DNA of 64,000 bases from Kofleriaceae bacterium (GTDB taxonomy: Bacteria > Myxococcota_A > Polyangia > Haliangiales > Haliangiaceae): the NCBI GenBank assembly GCA_046597055.1, contig JBKJLC010000222.1:6777-70776 (forward strand), given 5' to 3'. Below, piece by piece: positions 22,456-31,261 of the stretch. The notes under the pieces were generated by a model. That model did not search any database, was not told where the DNA came from, and saw only the letters and a list, made by a program, of their open reading frames with translations. A program made the position numbers and the translations under genes. Each line of letters starts with the position of its first letter. Positions within the stretch are counted from its first letter, which is position 1.

Positions 22456-24107
22456 AGCGCGCGCTGTGCGCGCTCGCCTTGCTCGCGGGCGCCTGCGGCG
22501 GCGATGACGACGACGCCGGTCAGACCGGACCCGACGCCGGCGAGCTCAGCCCCGATGCGGCGACCTGCGGGATCGCGCCGGGCGGCGCGTGCGCTGATCA
22601 GACCCTGCAGACCTGCGTCGGCGGCGAGCTCCAGACCCAGGACTGTCGCGCCACGATGGCGACCTGCCGCTTCGACAGCGCCGCCGGTGCCGCGGCCTGT
22701 ATCGACGAGTGCGCCGCCGCCAGCGTCGACGCGGCCGGCACCTGCGTCGACCGCTCGGTGCGCCGCTGCGAGGTGGTCGACGGGCGCAACACCGTGGTGA
22801 GCGACACCTGCGGCGCGGGCGAGACGTGCGCGCCCGCGGGCCAGCCCGCGGCCTGCATCGGCGATCCGTGTCGCGACCTCGGCCCCCAGGGCAAGTGCGA
22901 CGGCAACACGCTGCTCCGCTGCGTGGGTGGCGCGCCCTCGCCCACCGACTGCGCCGGCACCAGCCAGGTGTGCGCGTACGTGGACAACACCGCCGGCTAC
23001 GCCTGCGTCGCGCCCGCGGCGACCGGCGCGATGGTGGTCACCGGGACCGTCCGCTACGAGGACCGGGCGCCGCTCAACGACGGCGCGCTCGGCGCGATCA
23101 CCGCGATGGACGTCCGGGGCGCGCTGATCACCGTGGTCACCGACGCCGACAGCATGGTGGTCGCCACCGCGCTGACGTCGGATGACGGCAGCTACACGCT
23201 GCGCTACGACGCCGCGGTCGGCACGATGGTGCACGTCATGGTGACCGCGCACAGCCCGCTGCCGGCGCGGCCGGTGCGGGTGCTGCGCAACCAGACCCAG
23301 CTGCACGGGTTCGGCGGGGCCAGCTTCGCCGCCGCCGCGAGCACGACCCAGGACCTGCTGGTCACCGATGCGTCAGCCGCGTCCGAGGCGTTCAACATCC
23401 TCGACCAGAGCGTGCTGGCGATGGACACGATCCGGACCGCGATGGGCAACCCGACCCCGACGCCGCTCACCGCGCGCTGGTCGCGCGGCTCGAACCAAGG
23501 CACCTACTACTCCAACCGGACGATCTTCCTGCTCGGCTCCACCTCGGACGACGACGGCTACGACGACACCGTCATCCTTCACGAGATCGGCCACTTCGTG
23601 GAGGACACCGAGGGTCGCTCTGACTCGCCCGGTGGCGGCCACGACGGCTCGCCGACCGATCCGACCCTGGCGTGGAGCGAGGGCTTCGCGACCTACTTCG
23701 CGATGGCCACCCGCGGCGCGCCCTACTACATGGACTCGAACTCGGGCGGCGGCTGGGGCTACGACGCCGACACCTCGCTGACCCGGGCCCAGGCCGCGGG
23801 CGCGCTCGACCAGAACGTGAGCGAGGACATGGTGAGCCAGATCCTGTGGGACCTCGGCGACGGCGGCAGCAACGACGACGATCCGCTGAGCTCGTCGATG
23901 CACGCGACGCTGCTGCGGATCCAGCCGAGCTACCTGGCCCGGGTCATGCTGCGCTCGGTCGGCGCTGACGGGGTCGACCTGGTCGACTTTCTCGACGGCT
24001 GGTTCCTGCGCGGGGGACTGTCGACCTGCGCGGGCGTCCGGTCGGTCGTCTCGACCACGCGGACGTTTCCGTACGACTACGCCGGTCCCGGCGGCCGCTG
24101 CCCGTAG
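22452..24107 (+). CDS. Secreted lipoprotein zinc metalloprotease with N-terminal Cys-rich repeats
   Basis: Track ORF 22011..24107 trimmed to the GTG at 22452 (VKRALCALALLAGAC lipobox). Repeated Cys-rich modules are present ('C..G.L..C', 'TCxxxxxxxAC'). 'VILHEIGHFVED...AWSEGFATYFA' is HExxH plus a downstream Glu. Confidence 0.75.
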   Translation: MKRALCALALLAGACGGDDDDAGQTGPDAGELSPDAATCGIAPGGACADQTLQTCVGGELQTQDCRATMATCRFDSAAGAAACIDECAAASVDAAGTCVDRSVRRCEVVDGRNTVVSDTCGAGETCAPAGQPAACIGDPCRDLGPQGKCDGNTLLRCVGGAPSPTDCAGTSQVCAYVDNTAGYACVAPAATGAMVVTGTVRYEDRAPLNDGALGAITAMDVRGALITVVTDADSMVVATALTSDDGSYTLRYDAAVGTMVHVMVTAHSPLPARPVRVLRNQTQLHGFGGASFAAAASTTQDLLVTDASAASEAFNILDQSVLAMDTIRTAMGNPTPTPLTARWSRGSNQGTYYSNRTIFLLGSTSDDDGYDDTVILHEIGHFVEDTEGRSDSPGGGHDGSPTDPTLAWSEGFATYFAMATRGAPYYMDSNSGGGWGYDADTSLTRAQAAGALDQNVSEDMVSQILWDLGDGGSNDDDPLSSSMHATLLRIQPSYLARVMLRSVGADGVDLVDFLDGWFLRGGLSTCAGVRSVVSTTRTFPYDYAGPGGRCP

Positions 24108-24116
24108 ACTCGGGGC

Positions 24117-25682
24117 GTGCGCGGCCCCGGACTGGACGAGCTGATCGCGGCCGCGTACGCGGTCGAGGTCGCCACCGGCCCGGTGCTGGCGGGGGTGACG
24201 CGGGCCGAGGGCCTGCTGGCCGCGGCGGCGCAGCTTGCCGGGCTGATCGGGGCGCGGCGGGCGGTGGCGCGTGCGCCGGCGGAGCCGACCTGGTCGGCGC
24301 TGCCGGCACGGTCGGGGCCAGCGGTGGACGCGGCCGCGCGCGGGGCCGCGCTCGAGCGGATGCTGGCGTGGGCGGCCGCGGGTGGCGCCGATGCCGACGC
24401 GCTCGAGTTTCGCGTGGACGCCGACGGCGGCTGCACCGCGCACGCGCGCCGTCCGATCGCGGCCGGCACGCGGGTGGTCACCGTGCCGCGGCGGCTGATG
24501 ATCGTCGAGGACGACCTGGCCGCGTCCTCTACCGGCGCGGTCGATCCGTTCGGGCCCATGCTCCGCAGCGCCCGCGACACCCTGGCCGCGTGGCTGCCGC
24601 TCGAGGCGGCGCGCGCGGACTCGCCATGGCGGCCGTTCCTGGACGTGCTCCCGACCGCCCTGCCCGACCTGCCGGTCTTCCACGGCGACGCCGATCTCGA
24701 CGAGCTGGCCGGCACCGTGGCGCGCGGCCTCGCGGCCGCCGCCCACGAGGACATCGGCAGCACCTATGGGCTGTTGCAGGACGGCCTCCAGGAGCGGGTC
24801 TCGCTGGTCGACTTCGCCTGGGGCCGGGCGATCGTGCGCTCGCGTGGGTACAACGTCGAGATCGGCGGCGAGGCGCGGGTCGCGTTGATCCCGATCGTCG
24901 ATCTGTTGAACCATCGACCGGGCGACACCACGTGGAGCTACCACCCGGACGAGGCGGCCTACGGGATCACCACGCTGCGCGCCTTCGAGACGGGCGACGA
25001 GGTGCACGCCACCTACGGGCCCTATGGCAACGCGAAGCTGCTGGTCGGGTACGGGTTCGCGCTGGACGACCACGGCGTGGACGAGGCCGCGCTGGTGTTC
25101 GCGCCGGCCGGCGATCCCTGCACCGACCTCGCGGGGCACCTGGTGTGGCGACAGCCCTTCGCCGCGCCCGCGGCGATCGCGGTCGGGACCCGCTTCGACT
25201 GGCGGTTCCGGCGGGCACTGTCGGTCGCGCGCCTGCGCGCCGCGCCGTGGGCCCGCGTGCGCGCCGCGGCCGACCGCGGGCTGCCGGGCCGCGAGCTGCC
25301 CTGGCTCGGCGCCGCGATCGAGCGCGTTGCGCTGGCGGAGCTCGCCACCGCAGCCCGGGCCGGGATCGAGCGGCTCGACGAGAATGGGCCAGACGTGGAG
25401 CCGGTCGGCGGTACCGGCGCGGTGAACCCGGCGGCGACGTCGTGGCGGCGCGCGTGTGGCCTCGTGCGCCGCGGCGAGCGCGCGCTGCTCCAGCAGATCC
25501 TGGCGTTCGCGGCCGAGGCGGCGACCCACGTGGACGCTGCCGACGCGGCGACCCGCGTCGGCGTCGCCGAGCCCGAAGCCGTGCGCCGGGTCGCCGACGC
25601 GGTCGCGGCGGCGCAGGCCGGGCCGCCGCCGCCGCTGGTGAGTGAGTACCTGTGCACGCTCGCCGACGAGCTGATGGACTGA
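24117..25682 (+). CDS. SET-domain protein (Rubisco-LSMT/SETD3-like architecture), putative protein lysine methyltransferase
   Basis: GTG at 24117, 9 nt after the protease gene. 'ALIPIVDLLNHRPG', 'DEVHATYGPYGNAKLLVGYGFAL' and 'FAWGRAIVRSRGY' match SET-domain core motifs, followed by a helical C-terminal region. No signal peptide. Confidence 0.7.
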   Translation: MRGPGLDELIAAAYAVEVATGPVLAGVTRAEGLLAAAAQLAGLIGARRAVARAPAEPTWSALPARSGPAVDAAARGAALERMLAWAAAGGADADALEFRVDADGGCTAHARRPIAAGTRVVTVPRRLMIVEDDLAASSTGAVDPFGPMLRSARDTLAAWLPLEAARADSPWRPFLDVLPTALPDLPVFHGDADLDELAGTVARGLAAAAHEDIGSTYGLLQDGLQERVSLVDFAWGRAIVRSRGYNVEIGGEARVALIPIVDLLNHRPGDTTWSYHPDEAAYGITTLRAFETGDEVHATYGPYGNAKLLVGYGFALDDHGVDEAALVFAPAGDPCTDLAGHLVWRQPFAAPAAIAVGTRFDWRFRRALSVARLRAAPWARVRAAADRGLPGRELPWLGAAIERVALAELATAARAGIERLDENGPDVEPVGGTGAVNPAATSWRRACGLVRRGERALLQQILAFAAEAATHVDAADAATRVGVAEPEAVRRVADAVAAAQAGPPPPLVSEYLCTLADELMD

Positions 25683-25802
25683 AGCCAGACCGCAGGTAGC
25701 AGCTGCCTGCGCAGCGAGCGCGAGCTGGCACGCGCCAACCCGGTCCCATGGGACAGCGGCCGCCGCCGACCGGCAGGCCTCGCGGTTACCGCGGCTTCGG
25801 TC

Positions 25803-26504
25803 GTGGTCACTGCGCTCGGCGGCTGTGAGCTCCTCGACCTCGCCACCGCCGACAGGCTGGACCCGACCCAGACCACCGCGCTCGGGGATCTCATCGGGCA
25901 GACCGGCTCGCTGGCCGCGGTGATCGCGGACCCCGACGAGGCCAGCGGCGCCGAGCTCGCCGACGCGCTCGCCCTCGATCACTTCGTCCACCTGGTCCGG
26001 CCCGACGTGCCCGCGACCGGGGCCGCGTCCCGCCTGGCGCGGCTGGCAGCCGCCCCGCCCCCGGAATGTATCGTCGACGCGGGCGGCATCCTGACCGCGA
26101 CCGAGTGCGAGATCCCCATCGGCGAACGCACCTGTCGGGTCAACGGCACGATGCGCTCCACCCCCGGTGGAACCAGCACCCGTTACGCTGGCGAGCTGGC
26201 GGTGACCGGCGAGGGCTGTCCCGGCCGAGCCATCATGTTTGACTTCGACCTCGCCGGCCCGACCTCGAAGCCGACCGGGCTCGACGGTCAGGTCGACTTC
26301 AGCGAGGACCGCCCGCCGGGCAACGTCTACCGCGGTCGCCTGGTCTTCCGGGGCATCGGCCTGGCCGGCTCGTGCGACCGGCCGTCGAAGGGCACGCTCG
26401 ACGTGCGCGTCGATGGAGTCTACGGCGGTGAGGCGATCGCCGACGATATCACGGTGTCCTTCAACGAGAGCCCGGAGTGCGGCGTCATCCTGATCGAGGA
26501 CTGA
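25803..26504 (+). CDS. Hypothetical probable lipoprotein; annotated start is probably wrong
   Basis: The first canonical start (GTG 25803) lies 6 codons before a lipobox Cys (TALGGC). The in-frame upstream codons encode a good signal peptide (RRRPAGLAVTAASVVVTALGGC) but contain no ATG, GTG or TTG. See the finding at 25680-25830. Confidence 0.5.
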   Translation: MVTALGGCELLDLATADRLDPTQTTALGDLIGQTGSLAAVIADPDEASGAELADALALDHFVHLVRPDVPATGAASRLARLAAAPPPECIVDAGGILTATECEIPIGERTCRVNGTMRSTPGGTSTRYAGELAVTGEGCPGRAIMFDFDLAGPTSKPTGLDGQVDFSEDRPPGNVYRGRLVFRGIGLAGSCDRPSKGTLDVRVDGVYGGEAIADDITVSFNESPECGVILIED

Positions 26505-26555
26505 CCCGATCGCCGCCGCCGGTGGCCGCGGCGGGTGGAGTAGCATCGCGCGCCA

Positions 26556-27905
26556 ATGACGGGCGGGCCCGCCGACACCACGGTCGCACCTTCGACGCCG
26601 GCGCCGAGACGTCGCCGTCCCGGTGCCCGTTGCCACGTCGTCTACCCGCCGGCCATGATCAGGGTCATTCCGCTGGTCGGCGCCGAGACGATCCTGGGCC
26701 GCGACCCCGGCGAGAACGGGGTCGCGATCCCGCACCCCACGGCCTCGCGCCGGCACCTGGCCATCCGCTGGGAAGCCCGAGTGGAGCAGCACACCGTGGT
26801 CGATCTCGGCTCCAAGAACGGCGCCTCGGTCGATGGCACGCGGCTCGGTGACACGCCCCGGCTCCTCGACGACGGCGCGGTGGTTCGGGCCGGCGATCTG
26901 CTCCTCGTCTACGAGACGTTCGACGACGAGGTCGCCGACGACGAGGTCGGGGCCGCGATCCCCGGCATCGCGGCGACGACGCGCCAGCTGCGCGCCCTGA
27001 TGCGGCGCGCCGCCGAGGATCCGGCCCACGTGCTCCTCCTGGGTGAGACCGGCACCGGCAAGGAGCACATCGCGCGCGAGCTGCACCGGCGGTCGGGACG
27101 GACGGGACCGTTCCTCGCGGTCAGCTGCGCCGAGCTCAACGCGGAGCTCATGACCAGCCAGCTCTTTGGCCATGTGCGGGGCGCCTTCACCGGCGCCCAG
27201 CAGGCGCAGCCGGGCCTGTTTCGCGCCGCGGCCGGCGGCACGCTCCTGCTCGACGAGCTCGGCGAGCTCGCCGCGGTGGTGCAGCCCAAGCTCCTGCGCG
27301 TCTTGCAGGAAGGCGAGGTGCTGCCGGTCGGCGAGGGCCGGGCGGTCCCCATCGACGTCCGGGTGATCGCCGCGACCAACGCCGATCTGCCGGCGCTGGT
27401 CGAGGCCGGCGGGTTCCGCCGCGACCTGTACGCGCGGCTCGCCTTCTGGGAGATCGTGGTGCCGGCGCTGCGGGCGCGGCGCGCCGATATCCTCGGCTGG
27501 CTCGAGCTGCTGCACGACCGCTTCGTCGAGCGCCGCGCCGGCGTGCGCACCCCGCTGCTGCTCGACGCCGACGCCGCCGAGACCCTCCTGCTGGCGCCCT
27601 GGCTCGACAACCTGCGCGGCCTGGATCGGGTGATCCACCGGCTGGCCGCCAGTCGATCGCCGGGTACCGTCGTGACCCGCGCCGAGCTGGTGGCGCTGCT
27701 GCCGACGACGGCGACCGCGAACGCGACCCCGGCGGGACCGACGTCTTCGCCGACCCCGGCGCCCCCGCCCCCGCCCCCGCCCGCGACCCGCGCCGAGCTC
27801 GAGGCCGCGCTCGCCGAGCACGGCAGCGTCCGCGCGGTCGCCAAGCACTACCGGCGCGATCGGCGGCAGGTCTACCGCTGGCTCAAGGATCTCGGCCTGC
27901 GCTGA
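26556..27905 (+). CDS. Sigma-54-dependent transcriptional activator with N-terminal FHA domain
   Basis: FHA: '[25 protein letters not shown]...[14 protein letters not shown]'. AAA+: '[14 protein letters not shown]', 'GAFTGA', 'LLLDELGEL', 'RVIAATN', 'FRRDLYARL'. A poly-Pro linker precedes a C-terminal HTH '[24 protein letters not shown]'. Confidence 0.85.
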   Translation: MTGGPADTTVAPSTPAPRRRRPGARCHVVYPPAMIRVIPLVGAETILGRDPGENGVAIPHPTASRRHLAIRWEARVEQHTVVDLGSKNGASVDGTRLGDTPRLLDDGAVVRAGDLLLVYETFDDEVADDEVGAAIPGIAATTRQLRALMRRAAEDPAHVLLLGETGTGKEHIARELHRRSGRTGPFLAVSCAELNAELMTSQLFGHVRGAFTGAQQAQPGLFRAAAGGTLLLDELGELAAVVQPKLLRVLQEGEVLPVGEGRAVPIDVRVIAATNADLPALVEAGGFRRDLYARLAFWEIVVPALRARRADILGWLELLHDRFVERRAGVRTPLLLDADAAETLLLAPWLDNLRGLDRVIHRLAASRSPGTVVTRAELVALLPTTATANATPAGPTSSPTPAPPPPPPPATRAELEAALAEHGSVRAVAKHYRRDRRQVYRWLKDLGLR

Positions 27906-27941
27906 CCGCGGGTCCCGGCGGTGGGCGCCGGCCCCGCGGTC
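27904..27941. terminator. Bidirectional stem-loop between convergent genes
   Basis: gaccgcggg..ccggcg-gtggg-cgccgg..cccgcggtc gives about 15 paired positions with one small bulge. It spans both stop codons (TGA 27903-05, TCA 27940-42). There is no U-tract. Confidence 0.45.
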
Positions 27942-30900
27942 ACCGCGCCGTGCGGCGGGCGAGCACGACGTAGCCCTCGGCCTCGGCCTGCCGGCGCGCG
28001 GCCTCGAAGCGCTTGCGACCCTTGCCCAGCTGCGCCTCGAGCTGACCGAGCGTCACGCGCAGCGCCAGCGCGCGCCCGCCGAACCCGTGGCGCTCGGCGT
28101 CGGCCAGCGCCGCGGTCACCACCGGCACCGCCGCGCGTCGTTCGGCTGCGCTGCCGGCCGTCGCCACCTGGCCGGCGGCATCGGCCACGACCATCCGGAC
28201 ATCGAACACCTCGCTGGTCTCTACCAGCGCGAGCGCCCGCGCGGCCAGCGGCGCGGCGGCCTCCGGGGCCAGCGCGCGCGCCTCGACCGCGAGGGCGACG
28301 GCGACGCCCTCGGCCAGCTCGAAGCGCGCGTAGCTGGCGCCGGCGTCGCGGGCCAGCCGGGCGGCCTCGGCTGGCTGGCCGGCCTGGAGCGCGATCTCGG
28401 CCAGCTGCAGCACGCCCAGCGGCTCGGTCATGCGCTGCCCGGACTCGCGCCGGATCCGTTGCACGCGGTCCACCAGCGCCCGGGCTTCGTCGAGCCGGCC
28501 GTGCGCGATGGCGATGTCGGCCAGCCACTGCAACGGAAACGCCGCATACGGCTGCGCGGTGACCTCGAGCTGCGCCAGCAGGCTGTTCAGCTCGGCGACC
28601 GGCTCGTCGAGGCGGCCGCGGGCGCGCTGCACCAGCGCCAGCCCCATGCGCGGGAACGCCGTGTACGGCAGGTTCCCGTGGCGCTCGAACGTCTGCCGCG
28701 ATCGCTCGGAATAGGCCGCCGCAGCGTCCAGCTCGCCGGCGAACACGTACGCCAGGCCCAGGTAGTACTCCGCCCACCCGGTCCGGTGCGACGACCCGAT
28801 GGCGGTGCCGATCGCCAGGGCCTCGTCGGCATGGCCGCGCGCCACGGTCAGTCGCCCGGCCGACATCTCGAGCCACGACAGCTCGGACAGCATCTCGCTG
28901 ATCGCCGCCTGGTTACCGACCTCGCGGCGGATCGCCAGCGACGCCTCGTACAGGGCGCGGGCGACCCGCGGCTCGCCACCCTGCAGGCGCACCAGGCCGA
29001 GCGCCATCAGCGCTTCGCTCTCGAGGCTGCGCGCGTTCAGCTCCGACGCGATCATGCGCTGCTCTTCGAACGCCGCCGCCGCCGCGGCGATATCGCCGAG
29101 GAAATAGCGGGCCCAGCCCTCCTCGGACCGGCCGGCGGCGATGGTCAGCCGCGCACCGCGCACCCGCCCCTTGCGCACCGCCTCCGCCGCCGCCCGCAGG
29201 CGGAGCTCGGCGTCGCCGAGGCCGGCGGCGCCGGCCGCCTCGAGCAGATCGATGAGCGGGCTATCCCCGAGCGGCGGCGGCAGCGCCCGCAGCGCGGCCA
29301 CCGTCTCCAGCGCGGCCGGGCCCTGGCCGGCGACGAACTGCGTGCGCGCCAGCATGAGCCCGTGGTCGAGGTTGTCGGGAAAGAACCGCCACAGCGTCTG
29401 GTAGATCTCCAGGGCCTGCTCGGTGGCCCCGAGGGTGGAGCGGTAGCGCGCCTCGATGACCAGGCGATCCTCGCGGGTCAGCCCCTCCGACCGCTCGTAG
29501 GCGCGCCGGGCCGCCTCGGCGGCACGGCCGTCATACCCGAGCTGCCACCACGCTTCGGCGAGCGCGGCGTGGGCGACCGCGAGCCGGTCATCGGCGGCGA
29601 TCGCGGCGATGAACGCATCGCGGGCCGCCAGCGGGTCGAACCGACGCAGCGCCGCCGCACCCTCGGCGTAGCGCTGCATCGCCTCGGGATTGCGCGGGAA
29701 CGCCGCCGGCTGGCGCTCGACGCTGGTGCCAGCCGGCTGGGCGACCCCCAGCCGCGCGCGCACGCGGGTCCCGAGGCGAGCCACCATATCGAGCAACTCG
29801 CGGCCCGTGCCGCTCTCGGCGAGCCCGGCGACGATCGCCGTCGACTCCTGGATCCGCACGTCGACGCGCAGCTGGCCACCGACGTCGACATACTGGCCGT
29901 AGATCAGCACGTCGGCGCCCAGGATCGTCCGCAGCCGGGCGCGGGTCGCCACGCCATCGGGTGCCTGCTGCTCGGCGCGGGTCAGCTCGAGCGCGGCGCG
30001 CGCCACCTGATCGCGCGGGATCACGCGCAGCGCCTCGCCGGCCCCCAGCTCGGTCGCCAGCATCTCGGTCAGGCCGGCGCCGATCCACGCCGCGTCCGGC
30101 TGACCGGACAGGTTGCGGAAGTCGAGCACCGCCACCGAGCGCCGGGCCACGACCGCCGACGACGACGACGACGGCGCCAGCGCCGGCGCGCGCCCGCGGC
30201 TGGCCACCAGCGCCAGCCCGGCCGCCATCACCAGCGCCGTGACCGCCAGGTAGACGCCGCGGCGGCGCGGCGGGCTCAGCCGCCTCGCCAGCGCGGCCGG
30301 CGGCGGCCGGCGCGCCGGATCGCGCGCCAGGCAGGCGCGGATGACGTCATCCCAGCGCCGCTCGAGCGCGGGGACCAGGCTGCGCGGCGACGGCTCGGCA
30401 CCTACCTGCGAGCTCGGGGCCGGACGACGGCCGGTCACCAGCTCGAACAGGACGACGCCGAAGGCGTAGACATCGGTCGCCGGCGTGGCCTCGCCACCCG
30501 CGGCCTGTTCGGGTGCCATGTACGCCGGCGTCCCGGCGACGCCGCCGTGGGCGTCCGGACCCGGCTCGTCGAGCGTGTCGTGGGCCAGGCCGAAATCGGT
30601 GACGACCGCGCCGCGGGTCGTCAGCACCACGTTGGCGCTCTTGAAGTCGCGGTGCACCACGCCGGCGCCGTGGGCGGCGTCGAGCGCCGCCGCCATGTCG
30701 CGCACCAGGGGCAAGGCGTCGCGCGGGTGGAGCGGACCCGTGCGGACCAGCCGCTGGGCGAGCGTCTCGCCGTCGAGCAGCTCCATGGTCAAGAAGGTCG
30801 TGTCGCCGTGGCGACCCAGGTCGAACGCGCGGCACACGTGGGGATGGGTGATCTTGCGCGTGAGCAAGATCTCGCGCTTGAACCGCTCGAGGATGCCGGG

Positions 30901-31104
30901 GCGGTCGAGGACGGCGGCCCGCACCGTCTTCAGCGCCACCCGATCGTGCAGCTCGAGATCGTCGACCTCGTAGACCTCACCCATGCCGCCCTGCGCGAGA
31001 AAGCGCACCACCCGGTAGCGGCCGGCCAGCAGATCGCCGGCGGCGAAGACGGGCGCGGCCTCGCTCCGGCTCGGGGTGCCCACGGCACTTTGGGTCTCGT
31101 CCAT
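27940..31104 (-). CDS. Ser/Thr protein kinase with one TM helix and a large TPR-like sensor region
   Basis: Track ORF 27940..32031(-) trimmed to the ATG at 31102-31104 (MDETQSAV...). Hanks motifs: 'GGMGEVY', 'VALK', 'HRDFKSANVVL', 'DFGLA', 'GTPAYMAPE'. The TM is 'VYLAVTALVMAAGLALVA', followed by about 700 aa of helical TPR-like repeats. Confidence 0.85.
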   Translation of the reverse strand: MDETQSAVGTPSRSEAAPVFAAGDLLAGRYRVVRFLAQGGMGEVYEVDDLELHDRVALKTVRAAVLDRPGILERFKREILLTRKITHPHVCRAFDLGRHGDTTFLTMELLDGETLAQRLVRTGPLHPRDALPLVRDMAAALDAAHGAGVVHRDFKSANVVLTTRGAVVTDFGLAHDTLDEPGPDAHGGVAGTPAYMAPEQAAGGEATPATDVYAFGVVLFELVTGRRPAPSSQVGAEPSPRSLVPALERRWDDVIRACLARDPARRPPPAALARRLSPPRRRGVYLAVTALVMAAGLALVASRGRAPALAPSSSSSAVVARRSVAVLDFRNLSGQPDAAWIGAGLTEMLATELGAGEALRVIPRDQVARAALELTRAEQQAPDGVATRARLRTILGADVLIYGQYVDVGGQLRVDVRIQESTAIVAGLAESGTGRELLDMVARLGTRVRARLGVAQPAGTSVERQPAAFPRNPEAMQRYAEGAAALRRFDPLAARDAFIAAIAADDRLAVAHAALAEAWWQLGYDGRAAEAARRAYERSEGLTREDRLVIEARYRSTLGATEQALEIYQTLWRFFPDNLDHGLMLARTQFVAGQGPAALETVAALRALPPPLGDSPLIDLLEAAGAAGLGDAELRLRAAAEAVRKGRVRGARLTIAAGRSEEGWARYFLGDIAAAAAAFEEQRMIASELNARSLESEALMALGLVRLQGGEPRVARALYEASLAIRREVGNQAAISEMLSELSWLEMSAGRLTVARGHADEALAIGTAIGSSHRTGWAEYYLGLAYVFAGELDAAAAYSERSRQTFERHGNLPYTAFPRMGLALVQRARGRLDEPVAELNSLLAQLEVTAQPYAAFPLQWLADIAIAHGRLDEARALVDRVQRIRRESGQRMTEPLGVLQLAEIALQAGQPAEAARLARDAGASYARFELAEGVAVALAVEARALAPEAAAPLAARALALVETSEVFDVRMVVADAAGQVATAGSAAERRAAVPVVTAALADAERHGFGGRALALRVTLGQLEAQLGKGRKRFEAARRQAEAEGYVVLARRTAR

Positions 31105-31261
31105 ATGCAGCCGGGCGCGCGCGGCACGGCGCAGCGCCCGACCATACATACCATCGGGGTCGCGGGTCGGCCGGCCCCCAGCTATGTCGGCGACGAACCT
31201 CCCGAGCTGGCGAGGGTCGACCGCAGCGCCGCAGCGGCGCCGGCGCGTGGCTGCCCAGCGG

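Noticed and set aside
25726-25741. Perfect sigma54 -24 element TGGCACG upstream of the 25803 ORF and near the sigma54 activator gene.
   Set aside because: The -12 position reads AACC, so there is no GC dinucleotide at GG-N10 spacing. Without the -12 GC this is most likely chance in GC-rich DNA. It could be revisited if a TSS maps about 12 nt downstream.
27761-27786. Short tandem DNA repeats: (CCCCCG)n at 27761-27786 and gtgatc/gtggtc repeats at 47527-47600. I considered them as possible CRISPR-like or regulatory repeats.
   Set aside because: Both lie inside coding regions and simply encode a poly-Pro linker and a His/Asp-rich tail. There is no repeat-spacer organisation anywhere in the window.
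23373-27848. 1491-aa minus-strand ORF spanning four plus-strand genes.
   Set aside because: It is antisense to the protease, SET, hypothetical and FHA-sigma54 genes, all of which have recognisable motifs. Its translation is low-complexity and Arg/Gly-rich.
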